A program made the translations under genes and the position numbers. Positions 32,270 to 43,549 of a stretch of DNA of 64,000 nucleotides are shown here, in pieces. How positions within the stretch are numbered: the first letter of the stretch is position 1; each line of letters begins with the position of its first letter. The notes beneath the pieces are model-generated. The model did no database searches and was not told where the DNA came from. It saw nothing but the letters and a program-made list of their open reading frames with translations. Source of the DNA: an uncultured Candidatus Rokubacteria bacterium (GTDB lineage Bacteria > Methylomirabilota > Methylomirabilia > Rokubacteriales > CSP1-6); NCBI GenBank assembly GCA_963754315.1, contig CAVWFS010000008.1, positions 544,001 to 608,000 of the forward strand. Reading direction: 5' to 3'.

Positions 32270-32604
32270 GTCCCGCTCACCCGGAACTGGGTGCCAGTAA
32301 TAATGGGCGCACCCTGCGGCCCCTGCACGGCGTTCAGGCAGAGTCCGGTGCTGGTGCTGAGCAGCACGGCCTGGCCATCGACAAAAACGCGTGTCGCAGG
32401 CTGCAACCAGCGGACGTTGACGCAGGGTTGAGGCGCACCGCCGGGGTTCACGAACGGGCAGCCGACCACCGGGTAGAAATCGTTGACCGTTGCCACCGCC
32501 TGGGTACCGACAAACACCCGGCTGTTGGTCGAGAGCACTGAAACCTGGCCCCCCGGGTGCGGACAGCTCGCTAGAGCGCCGACATGGAAGACGAAGCCCG
32601 GCAT
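32266..32604 (-). CDS. PAAR-like spike-tip protein
   Basis: Intact 112 aa with CPH.GG, GCPF, QPCV..RW, GLC; sits between gpV and gp25; SD GGGAGG upstream. Confidence 0.75.
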   Translation of the reverse strand: MPGFVFHVGALASCPHPGGQVSVLSTNSRVFVGTQAVATVNDFYPVVGCPFVNPGGAPQPCVNVRWLQPATRVFVDGQAVLLSTSTGLCLNAVQGPQGAPIITGTQFRVSGT

Positions 32605-32619
32605 TCTGTGCACCTCCCG

Positions 32620-33132
32620 TTACTTGACGACAAGCGCTCCTGGTTCACGGTCACGATTCCGCCGCTCAGCGTGATCACAGCGCCCTTTCCGTCGGAAAGC
32701 ACGATGCCCGTGTCGCCAATCATGATTGAGCCCCCCTGGAATTCTTCAGGACGATCCCCCCACCCGGTGCATCGGTGAGCAGCAGCGAATGCTGGCCGGT
32801 CGTCTGCAGCAGAACATTCTGAAACGGCGGCGGCGCGGCCAGCGCCAGGGCCGGCACCTCCTCCCGTCCACCCCACCAGCAGCCGGCCCAGATCGGGTAG
32901 TCGGGGTTGCCCTGCTCGAACTCGATCCAGACTCCAGCGCCGATCGGCGGCACCAGATAGGCGCCCATCTGGGGACCGGCCAGGGGCATGCATGGCAGCG
33001 CCCATGTCGACGGCGTGAGGCCCAGCACGTCCGGAATTTGGGCCTGCACGCGCCCGCGCCCCTGCGGGTCCTGGTTATTGACCACCACGCCGCGGTACTT
33101 GCCCTGGAAAGGGCCGCAGTTGGTACGTTCAT
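32620..33132 (-). pseudogene. Phage baseplate assembly protein V / gp5-like spike, frameshifted
   Basis: GKYRGVVVNNQDPQGRGRVQ.QIPDVLG...WALPC.P, P.IGAGVWIEFEQG.PDYPIW.GCWW. Confidence 0.85.
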
Positions 33133-34321
33133 TAGAGTGCCCTCGCGCCAGGAGAACTCGGCCCTCCACGAATCATCGACAGGTTCGGCGTTTCGAGGGG
33201 GCGGGTGGGCACCCTCGGCGTGTTCGAGATCAGGCCATCGCGGGCCAGCGAGAAGTTCTGCGTGTAGCTACCACGGCGGATCGTGTGCGAGACACTCCGC
33301 ACGTAATAGAAGCCATCGTAGACGAGTCCCGCGCCTCGCACGCCAACGAGCTGGCGCGATCGCAGCACGTGGCCATAACGCAGCACGTCAAGCTGCCCGG
33401 TCCCCGTCACGGCGTCCGCCGTCCGCACGGCTTGTGCGAGGCCCAGGAGCATCGCCTCGGCCGGATCGTGCTTGGCCGTGTCGCACAGCGGCTGGGTGCG
33501 GAGACGAAGGGCTGGCTTGGCCGCCAGCGGCGGGTGCAGCGCGGTGATGTCGGGCCGGGTACGGGGAAAGGGACCTTCGACCGCGGCGGCTGGACGTGGA
33601 CGATCGGGAGGGTCTTGGCCAGGCCGTCGTAGGTGAAGCTCAGCGATTCCACATTTGTGGCGGCATCCATGTCGACGCTCAGCGCAGGCTGCGGTACGCC
33701 GGCGCGGATCTCCGGTCCCCAGTAGGCGGTGCTTACCCCAGGGACGGGGCCGGGCTCCAGGTAGAAGACATGGCCGACCGCACTGGCCAGTCCTTCGATG
33801 AATTTCAGGTCCGTGCCTTGCTGGACAGGAAGCTGCTCCAGCGGGTTCTTGATGAACTCCAGCACGCTGGGGATCGCCTTCGGCGCGATGCCGAGCGGAG
33901 CGAACTTCGCCAGCAGCATGGCCACGATCGCGTGACACCGGCAGGCCGGGCGGCAGCGGCACGCCGGTCAGGTCCACAAGGTCCATCAATGCGGTGAGGT
34001 CGAGGCCAGTGACGGTGAGGACGGATTGCCCCGCACGCTTGCCCGGGGCGATGTCCTGCCGCGTAATGATACCGTCCATCAGGACATGCGGCGTGCCGTT
34101 GACGGTGACCACGATGATCACGCGTACGGTCGGATCGAACAGGCCCGCCAGCAGTGCACGTTGAGCGGTCCGTCCTTGCCCAGGGTGAACTGCAGCTGGA
34201 AGCCGCTCTGACTGCCCGACTCTGACTGCACCTGCACCTCTGTCAGCGCCTCGATCACCGCCCTCGGCGCCGCCACGGTCACCACCGAACCCATGCGCAA
34301 CGAAAGATGAACGCCTTTCAC
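33132..34321 (-). pseudogene. Spike hub protein (VgrG N-terminal / phage late control D-like), frameshifted
   Basis: SGFQLQF, LMDGIITRQ, TVTGLDLTALMD, FYLEPGPVPG.S.AYWGP, GQLDVLRYGHVL, YDGFYYVRSVSH; located between LysM and gpV. Confidence 0.65.
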
Positions 34322-34635
34322 AGCGTCGCCCCCGCGATGCCCTCGGGCAGGGTGATGCGTAGCGTGCGTCCGAGCGCTGCGGTCAGCTCGGCGGGGTGCA
34401 GGGCGGCATTGGCGTCGCAGAGCTGCCAGAACTGCTCGGGGTCGCCAAGGTAGGCGGCGGCGATGGTGTCCGGCCGGTCACCTTCGGTGACCGTGTGCTC
34501 CTGAATCAGCTCGAAGCGCTCCGGCGGCGGGACGAAGCGGCGCCGCAGGTACACCACGGTCCGTCCTGACTCCGTCCGGAGCTGCGCCGTCTCCGTGCGG
34601 TGATAGCGACTCGTAATGGGAAACCCCTCGGCCAC
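34318..34635 (-). CDS. LysM domain protein (baseplate gp53-like component)
   Basis: SRY...YLRRRF.P...HTVTEGDRPDTIAAAYLGDPEQFWQLCDAN. Confidence 0.8.
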   Translation of the reverse strand: MAEGFPITSRYHRTETAQLRTESGRTVVYLRRRFVPPPERFELIQEHTVTEGDRPDTIAAAYLGDPEQFWQLCDANAALHPAELTAALGRTLRITLPEGIAGATL

Positions 34636-34715
34636 CGTGTGTCCTCCTCACATCTCGGTCAACGTCGGACCGCGAGATTAGAGCCGCGCTAGCTCCCAAA
34701 TGGTGAGACGGCTTT

Positions 34716-35390
34716 TCAACCGGCGTTCTCGCCGGGCGCCAAATCGCTCTCCGTGATCCCGAGATCCCCCAAGGCCCCGCCGCGGTACTGCTTCGCCAGC
34801 CGCTCCAGTCGCTGGAGATGGCCTAGGAATAGGCTGACGCCACGGTGCTGGAACGGCAGATCGGTAACGCTCAGCACACGCAAACTCAAGCTCACGCGGG
34901 CTCGAATTGGGTTGAGCAGTGGATCAAAAAACTCCTCGGTGATGCTGAATTCCGTCAGACGCACAGGCAGCACTCGATTCTTGCTCCAGACGAAGAGCGT
35001 CAGCGGCGTCTCGACCGGCGCGATTTCCAGAATGCCGCGCTCGGCGAGCGCGTTGTTCTCCACGAACCGGGTGCTCTCCGGATAGACCAACGTTTCCAGC
35101 GCGGCCAGCGCCGGGTAGACACCCTCGTTAAATCGGATCGCCCTGAACAGCTTGGGCTGATCGGCCGCGTCGATTTCCGCCTCGAGCTGATACGTCTCGA
35201 TGGGCGGGCCAGTCAGGCGCAGCGCCTCCCCACGGTCACCCCCCTCCCCGGCGCCCTGCACCTGCAGCGTGCGGGTGAGCGTCTCCGGGTTGTACTGCAG
35301 CGCGATCACGCGCTCGACCAGCCCGCTGTCCGGGTGGACTAGCACGATGCCGCCTCTCAGGAGGCGCGGGGCGAGCGGAGAAGTGGTCAT
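34716..35390 (-). CDS. CIS tube-initiator-like protein
   Basis: LQYNPETLTRTL, P.ETY.LEAEIDA, LFVWS..RVLPVRLT.FSITEE.FD..LNPIRA.V.LSL; precedes LysM as in CIS loci. Confidence 0.65.
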   Translation of the reverse strand: MTTSPLAPRLLRGGIVLVHPDSGLVERVIALQYNPETLTRTLQVQGAGEGGDRGEALRLTGPPIETYQLEAEIDAADQPKLFRAIRFNEGVYPALAALETLVYPESTRFVENNALAERGILEIAPVETPLTLFVWSKNRVLPVRLTEFSITEEFFDPLLNPIRARVSLSLRVLSVTDLPFQHRGVSLFLGHLQRLERLAKQYRGGALGDLGITESDLAPGENAG

Positions 35391-35400
35391 CCGAGCCTCG

Positions 35401-37458
35401 TTACTTTAGACTGCCGTGCCGTACGGACTCAGGTATGCTGCTTTTCTCGGCTGCTGCCTTCGGCCAACAAGCCCGTGGTATCTTCGTGCGACCCACCCAG
35501 GGCGCAGGGACGTCGGAACTGCCCGTGAAAAAATTCCCCCTGACTGCCTCGATAAAGGTGCTCAGATTCTCTGTGTAGTCGACTGGATTCTTCGTCATGA
35601 TTTCAAGGAACATTCTTCGCGCATCGAGAGGTCCACGAGCAAGGGCCTGCGGTAAGCCTTCGACGCGGGGGCGCGATCTTGTCTCGGACTCCAACACTGA
35701 GGTCGCAGCGTAGGCGACGCAGAGGTTCGCGGCTGCCTCCGCGTTGTGGCGCGTGTAAAACTCGGCCTCCAATTCTATCTGATTCTGGCGTTTCACGTCG
35801 CCTAGCAATTGCGCAGCTACCAGCTCGGCACCATGATGGCGCCCCTCTCCGCTCTGGTCACCGGACGCGCCGCTTCCGGCCATGATCCGCTGCCCCATGT
35901 GGAGCGGCTCATGTACAATGTAGACTGATGCGAGGCTCTCGGTGGAAGCCGTCGCCAAGAACGGCGGATTCAGCGACGTTTTGTCGCCTTCCGTGTAAGC
36001 ATAGTCCTCCTCGCGGAGCTTCCAGTGCCCCCTCCGCAGCGTGTTGCCCTTAGAATAGGTCTGGTAGAAGTTGTTCGCGATCGACCTGTCGATTTTCCTT
36101 TCCACGAGATCGACCGCTTCAAGAACTCTCTTGAACTCGTCGGCCGAAAAGTTTCCCTCGTTGCTGGCAATGAACTGAGCACGATTCTTGACCAGGTTGA
36201 CGACATCGGTAGGCAGGCTCGGGGCATCCTGTTGTAGCGCCCGTTCACGACTGACTTCGTCGCTATCGCGTGCGGCCTGCACCAGGGCGCCTTCGAGCCT
36301 CGTTCTCGCTTCTTGCTCTTGCTCTTCCTGCTTAGCCTCCTTGCTGTGAATAGCAGGGACGAGGATACTAACGAGGAACGTTCGCGCTTTCAGTTTGGTA
36401 CTATCAGACTTGGCAAGTCGCAGCACGTCGCGAGTGGTCTGTAGTAGTACCTCGAGCTCCTCCGGTGTGAGCCCTTGCAGGTCCCCAAAAGACACTTTCA
36501 GCCCGGCGCCACTAACTATCAGATCCGTAATGCGCTTGACAGCGTATGTCTGCTCACGCTTCTCCTCGATGATCAGAGATTCCTTCGCCCGGGAGTTGGG
36601 CAGTGCCGTATACATGGATTCGAGATATTCCTCGGACGAATCGGGTGCCAAGATATCCTCGCCAGTGTTTGGATCTTTTGTGCCTGTGTAGCCGGGAAAC
36701 GATTCATCCGTCGGCGGCTCCCAGACTATCGGCGAAGACGCCCTACCAGCCGCTCTTCGAGATCGAGACTTCTTGGAAACTGCTCTGGAGCGTCGCTTCT
36801 TCTCCCGCTGCACGATCGCAGGGTGTTGGGGCGCCTGAAGTACGTGGGCCAACTCGTGCGCAAGTAATTCGCGGCCTGCCATCGTCTCCGGTCTGTACTG
36901 CCCCCTGGCAAATGCAATGTCTCGACCGTAGGAGTAGGCAAGGGCATCGATCGACTCGGCCGACGCCGCGGCGCGGGTGTCTGTGTGGATGCGCACCTGG
37001 CTGAAGTCATAGGAGATCGGCGAAACTGCTGCATCCCTGCCGGGCAGGCCAGTTCCTCGCGACGCGCGCTCCGCCGTGTGGGCGGCCTCCTGCTCCGAGC
37101 GACTGTCGGCCGGACCGATGGCGACGGGATGCATCACTGCTGCGGGCGTCGGGGCATGCGAGGGCAGGTGCGGGGCGTGGTGACTGAAGCGTGCCTCCAT
37201 GAGGGTCCGGCTGGCCGAGTCGAGAGGCTGGGCTGGGGAGCGCAGCACCTCGGCCACGAGCGGTGGCGCCTCAGACGACGTAGTCCGGTCCGACGGGTGG
37301 CGGTGGCCGATCAATCTATCGTGGCGGCACGCGGTGCATTGGCCATCCAGCCCGGCCCGGGCACCGCAGGTGCACGCGCGCTGGAGGGATCCAAGTGGAG
37401 CCAGTGCGAGGGACGGGGACGCCCCCACCTTCACCGAAGCGGGCATCCGCGTCTTCAT
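35401..37458 (-). CDS. eCIS core domain (DUF4157) protein with C-terminal candidate effector domain
   Basis: LQRACTCG...CTAC, PLD..SR..ME.RF, DFSQVRIHTD, GRDIAF..G.Y.P, LLAHELAHVLQ; ~460-aa unrelated C-terminus with a second HExxH. Confidence 0.88.
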   Translation of the reverse strand: MKTRMPASVKVGASPSLALAPLGSLQRACTCGARAGLDGQCTACRHDRLIGHRHPSDRTTSSEAPPLVAEVLRSPAQPLDSASRTLMEARFSHHAPHLPSHAPTPAAVMHPVAIGPADSRSEQEAAHTAERASRGTGLPGRDAAVSPISYDFSQVRIHTDTRAAASAESIDALAYSYGRDIAFARGQYRPETMAGRELLAHELAHVLQAPQHPAIVQREKKRRSRAVSKKSRSRRAAGRASSPIVWEPPTDESFPGYTGTKDPNTGEDILAPDSSEEYLESMYTALPNSRAKESLIIEEKREQTYAVKRITDLIVSGAGLKVSFGDLQGLTPEELEVLLQTTRDVLRLAKSDSTKLKARTFLVSILVPAIHSKEAKQEEQEQEARTRLEGALVQAARDSDEVSRERALQQDAPSLPTDVVNLVKNRAQFIASNEGNFSADEFKRVLEAVDLVERKIDRSIANNFYQTYSKGNTLRRGHWKLREEDYAYTEGDKTSLNPPFLATASTESLASVYIVHEPLHMGQRIMAGSGASGDQSGEGRHHGAELVAAQLLGDVKRQNQIELEAEFYTRHNAEAAANLCVAYAATSVLESETRSRPRVEGLPQALARGPLDARRMFLEIMTKNPVDYTENLSTFIEAVRGNFFTGSSDVPAPWVGRTKIPRACWPKAAAEKSSIPESVRHGSLK

Positions 37459-37775
37459 CGGACTAACCCTCGGTAGATAGCGCGAGCAACCTGCCGACCG
37501 ATGTCTTTCGCGCCAGCGCCTGGGGCGACTCGGAATGACTTGCCATCCGTACGAGCCAACGCGCCACCGGGGGCCAGGCCGCTCGGGAAACCTCGTTTGG
37601 CGAGCAGCCGCGCCAGCTCGCGCTGCACCGCCAAGCCCATGCGCCAGTGACCCGTCGCTGGAAAGTCATGCAGCACCAGCCGCTCGATGTGCACTGACAC
37701 CGGGCCGGGCGCCGTCCCCGCGGCGTGATCAACGCCGCGGTCTCCGATATGGCGGAGATCATTCTGACTCCTCAT
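37455..37775 (-). CDS. Small conserved eCIS-associated hypothetical protein
   Basis: VHIERLVL...AVQRELARLL...IGRQVARAIY; stop overlaps the ATG of the DUF4157 gene. Confidence 0.7.
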   Translation of the reverse strand: MRSQNDLRHIGDRGVDHAAGTAPGPVSVHIERLVLHDFPATGHWRMGLAVQRELARLLAKRGFPSGLAPGGALARTDGKSFRVAPGAGAKDIGRQVARAIYRGLVR

Positions 37776-37801
37776 CGACGTTTCACCCAGCCCGCTATGG
37801 T

Positions 37802-38089
37802 TTACTCGAATATCCCGGAGCGCATGCCGTCGCGGAGCTGTTCCATTGTCCCGCGCGTTTCATTCCCGTTCTGCCCGGCCACGATGACAATGACCTGTAT
37901 TTCCTTCTGCCCCCGCGAAACGCACGAGATGGTGGCGATGAAGTCCTTCGAGACGAGGGTGACAGAGTCCTCGTTCTTCGTGATCTGACCCGTTGCGGTG
38001 TTGGCCAGCGCGGCATGGGCCCGTTTCACGCCGTCTTTCTTGCTCAGCTTCAACTCCAGGTGCCACCAGAAGAGCGCCGGTGCAGCGAT
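37802..38089 (-). CDS. Hypothetical protein (95 aa), apparent ATC start
   Basis: Strong SD GGAGGAG 4 nt before an in-frame ATC at 38089; open frame to TAA at 37802; fills the gap after the ATPase gene. Confidence 0.55.
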   Translation of the reverse strand: MAAPALFWWHLELKLSKKDGVKRAHAALANTATGQITKNEDSVTLVSKDFIATISCVSRGQKEIQVIVIVAGQNGNETRGTMEQLRDGMRSGIFE

Positions 38090-38100
38090 GGTTCTCCTCC

Positions 38101-40106
<2,006 letters not shown>

Positions 40107-40110
<4 letters not shown>

Positions 40111-41351
40111 GAAATGGTGATCCGCGGGCCGACGAACTGGTTGAACGTCGGGCTGGTCGCATCGGTGTCAACTTCGAGCGAGCTCATCGCGCCGTCCACT
40201 TGTACCCGGGCCAGGTAGTCGCCCGCCGCCACGCCCGCCACCCCGAACGAGACCGTATCGGTGACCTCGGTCCGACCCTCGTCACTGGCGTCGATTGCGT
40301 ACGCGCGTGGTTGGGGGGAGGGTGGGGCGACCTGGTTGAGCAGCAGCACGACGCGCTGCTGTGGAGCGACGGCAGGATTCAGTTCGAGCGTCAGTGTTTG
40401 CGGGCTACCCGGGCTGATCTGGGTGATGCCGGGGTGTAGCACGAAGGCCGCCACGTTCGACTCGACGCCCTCGTGAGGTACTGCCGGCGTGCCCATGGGC
40501 ATCCGATGCACCACCTGCACGCCCTGCACCCCGGCCCGTGCCTGGGGCGGTAGCGCCAGGGTGATGGCGGTGGCGCTCACGTTGGCGGGCGACAGTGGCT
40601 CGGTGCCACCGACGCGCACGAGAGTCATTTCCCCTTGCAACTGCCGTCCCCGGAGCACGAGGGTGCTCTCGGCCACGATCGGCTCGTTGGGGCCGGCCGA
40701 CGCCTCGACCGACTCGATGCTCGGCTGGCGAAACGGCACCACGTAGAGGTTGCGCGCGCGCACGGGCAGCGCCATCTCCGGCCTGTCCTCGCTCTCGATC
40801 AGGACCACGCTGGCCTGGTAGGCGACCGAGAGCGTGTACTGCACCTGAAAGAAGACCGACCACAACTTGGACAGCTCCTCCAGGGAGAGAGCGATCGGCG
40901 TCAATCTCACCAGCTCGACCTGCTGATCCAGATTCGAGGGGCTCAGGAAGGGCTGGGCCCCTTTCGCCACGACGATCTGATCGCGGCTGAGCACGGGCTG
41001 GGCGTGCAAGGTCTGCGAGACGACGCCCAGCAGCCGCTGCGGCTCGAGCTGCGTCTCGTCGCCGAAGAAGCTCAGGAGATAGTGCAGGTCGAGAGCCGCC
41101 TGGGGACGTCGTACCATTCGCCCGTTGCTCTGGCGTGTGGGCAGATCGACATTGCGCCAGGCAGGATTGGGCGCCACCTGATAGAGGTAGATATTGACAC
41201 CGGTTCCCGGCTGTGTGGGGCTGGCCCCAACGGGTCGCTGGGTTGTGACTTGCGCGCCGGCGACGGCGCCGGGAAGGTCGGCCGAGAGCGCCTGATCCAG
41301 CACGCTGCGCAGGGTCGCGGTGACGGTGGCCACCGCGAGAAAGTTGCTCAT
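40107..41351 (-). CDS. DUF4255 domain protein (Afp16/Pvc16-like tail terminator/cap)
   Basis: MSNFLAVATVTATL, VNIYLYQV.PNPAWRN.DLP, LDLHYLLS, LSLEELSKLWS, SVAYQASVVLI. Confidence 0.88.
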
Positions 41352-42187
41352 CGTCGCCGTGCTTGGTGCTGCTTCAGATAGTCGTCGAGCGCGATGGCCG
41401 TGCTGCGCCGTGTGCTCGCGCCACGAGGTGTAGGCGGCGGCACCTCGGCCCGCACGTCGACGCGACCGATCGTCACCCGGATGGTCGGGGCCGCGGGCGT
41501 AGCTAAGGGCTCGGCACGTTCGGGAGCGATCGGTATTCCGACGTCCCCCCGAGTCGGTTCCATGGTCGGGACTGGCGCTTCCTGGGCAGGAAGTATCCGG
41601 CGCCCAGATGGCTCTCTGGGCTGCGTGCGAGGCTGATCCGTTCGCTCAGGAGTGTAATGCTGCCCGGCGTGGTCTGGTGGGCGCCCTGTGCCCGGCGCCT
41701 TTGAGACTTCAGATGGCGTGATTCGCCCCGGAGCCCTGGGCGCTTTCCTGTCGACGTCGAGTGCTGGGGGCAGGAGTGGGATCGGTTTTGGTGCGACCCG
41801 ATTAGGCTCCACCCCCGACGGCGCTGGTGGCGGCTCGACGCGGGGTGTGACGGGATCTCCGGCTACCGCCGAAGACTGCCTGCGGCGTTTCACGGCGGAC
41901 GAGGCGGATGCGGTTTCCTGCTTGCCGGCTATTGATCGCTCGGTTGGGGGTGCGCTGACGTCAGGCCGCGCCGGCACAGCCAGACGCTCGGTCGCCTCGG
42001 TGCCCAGGAGGCCCGCCGCTTGCGCTCTGGGCTTGACCCCTCCCTCGATCTCCTCCGTGTGCAGGGGGTCGGTGGGTCGGACAGCTTCTTCAAGAATCAG
42101 AGGCTCGAATAGTCCTGGGAGTCGCGGATGAACGATGGCCTCGCTGCCAAGGGCGCGCGCCACCAGGCGATCAAAGAAGTTGGTCAC
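41348..42187 (-). CDS. Pro/Ala-rich eCIS-associated hypothetical protein
   Basis: GTG overlaps the upstream TGA; FFDRLVARALG..., low-complexity middle, C-terminal IRVTIGRVDVRA...LDDYL. Confidence 0.7.
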   Translation of the reverse strand: MTNFFDRLVARALGSEAIVHPRLPGLFEPLILEEAVRPTDPLHTEEIEGGVKPRAQAAGLLGTEATERLAVPARPDVSAPPTERSIAGKQETASASSAVKRRRQSSAVAGDPVTPRVEPPPAPSGVEPNRVAPKPIPLLPPALDVDRKAPRAPGRITPSEVSKAPGTGRPPDHAGQHYTPERTDQPRTQPREPSGRRILPAQEAPVPTMEPTRGDVGIPIAPERAEPLATPAAPTIRVTIGRVDVRAEVPPPTPRGASTRRSTAIALDDYLKQHQARRR

Positions 42188-42921
42188 CCCGATGCCATCT
42201 CCAGGTACACCTGCCGGCGCCGCGGGCTGAGAGCCAGCACATCGCTCTCCCGCCATCCGTAGGCGCTGGCCAGGGTGTGGACCTCACGCAGCGTTCGGCG
42301 TGCCCAGGCGTGGACCTCGTCCCAGAAGAATGCCGCGATGTCGAACATCGACTGCCACTGATGGCCACAGGTGGGACACGTCAGCGCGAGTTGCACGTCG
42401 GCCTGCGGATCGGCCCGACTCATGTGCTCGGCGACGGCATCCAAGACCGCCTCCGGCAGCCCGTCAACCGGGCAGGGTACGCCCTGCCGGTGGACCTCCG
42501 CGATGCAACGCTTGGCCAGCATCTCCCGAGCTGCGCCCACATCCGAGCAGTCGTGGATTGCCACGAGATCGGAGCTGCTCGGCAGACGGCACTGCACCAC
42601 GAACTCCCCGCTGGTCACGACGAGCTCGGGAGGCGCGGATCCGGGCTGTTGGCGGACGTCCGCCACGTCAAAGACGAACTCCACGGCCTCACCGCATTGC
42701 AGGCACTGGGCGGTTCCGGCCAAACGAGGGCCGAAGGTCCACTCGCGCAATGTCAGGAGGCACGCGTCTCGCTCCCCAACGCTGAGCCGCCCGAGAGCCT
42801 CCGGGCCGCTGTTGGGAGTCGACGCACCCAGGATGGCCAACGCCCGCTGTGGCGGCGACAACTCCAGCCCACGCTCCCAGGCCTCCAGCAGTTCCGCGGT
42901 CGCAAGCGCGCGCATCTCCAT
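42184..42921 (-). CDS. Phage baseplate / tail-assembly-chaperone-like protein with two CxxC motifs
   Basis: LL.AWERG, LSVGERDA.LL.LR..TFG, CLQCGE, CPTCGH.W, EVH.LA.AYGW.E.D.LALS. Confidence 0.7.
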   Translation of the reverse strand: MEMRALATAELLEAWERGLELSPPQRALAILGASTPNSGPEALGRLSVGERDACLLTLREWTFGPRLAGTAQCLQCGEAVEFVFDVADVRQQPGSAPPELVVTSGEFVVQCRLPSSSDLVAIHDCSDVGAAREMLAKRCIAEVHRQGVPCPVDGLPEAVLDAVAEHMSRADPQADVQLALTCPTCGHQWQSMFDIAAFFWDEVHAWARRTLREVHTLASAYGWRESDVLALSPRRRQVYLEMASG

Positions 42922-42951
42922 GGAAGGAGTCCGTCCCGTACCTCGGCCCAC

Positions 42952-43479
42952 CTATGGGAGCGGCTCGGTGAAGCTCGGCTCCGCGGGCTCGATCACCTCG
43001 TAGTCGCGTTCCCAGCCTTCGTTTTCTAGCTTGAGCATCTGGATGGCGACGCCGTTGCCGTTCGCATCCAGCTCCGGAAGGGCGTCGAACTCGGACACCC
43101 AGCAGCGGTACACGCGATAGGCCAGGGCGAGCTGCCCTGCCTCGTTGTAGAACTCGAGGATGATGTTCTTTCGAAAGTCTGCCAATGACACCTCGGCCCC
43201 GAGTCCGGCGCGAAAGTTCCAGACCTTGTTGGCCCACTTCTCGAACTCGGTGTCGTGAGTGACACCACGCTCCAGCGTTATCGCATCGTACTCGGTCCGC
43301 CCGGGCGACTTGCGGCTACTGCTGGGATCGCCACCCTCGCGGTGGGTCACCACCTCGGTCGTACGTTTCAGCGCGCTGACCTTGCTGATCCCCGCCACAT
43401 GGCGGTTGTCCCAGCGAACGCGAAACTTGAAGTTCTTGTACGGGTCGGCGCGTTGCGCGTTGACGGTGAACTGAGGCAT
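42952..43479 (-). CDS. Phage tail tube protein (T4 gp19-like, Afp1/5-like)
   Basis: DPYKNFKFRV, REGGD....RKSPGRT.Y..ITLERGVT, CWVSE...LPELDAN...VAI..LKLENEG. Confidence 0.95.
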   Translation of the reverse strand: MPQFTVNAQRADPYKNFKFRVRWDNRHVAGISKVSALKRTTEVVTHREGGDPSSSRKSPGRTEYDAITLERGVTHDTEFEKWANKVWNFRAGLGAEVSLADFRKNIILEFYNEAGQLALAYRVYRCWVSEFDALPELDANGNGVAIQMLKLENEGWERDYEVIEPAEPSFTEPLP

Positions 43480-43549
43480 CGCGACCTCCTGCGTTCAGTG
43501 GGCACGCACCAGGACGTGTCCGCCACGTCCGGCGCCGGGGATCAGTGGC

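Noticed and set aside
43512..43530. Hairpin GGACGTG-TCCGC-CACGTCC between sheath and tube genes as a terminator
   Set aside because: 7-bp stem with no U-tract, inside an operon; at most an mRNA stability element and plausible by chance
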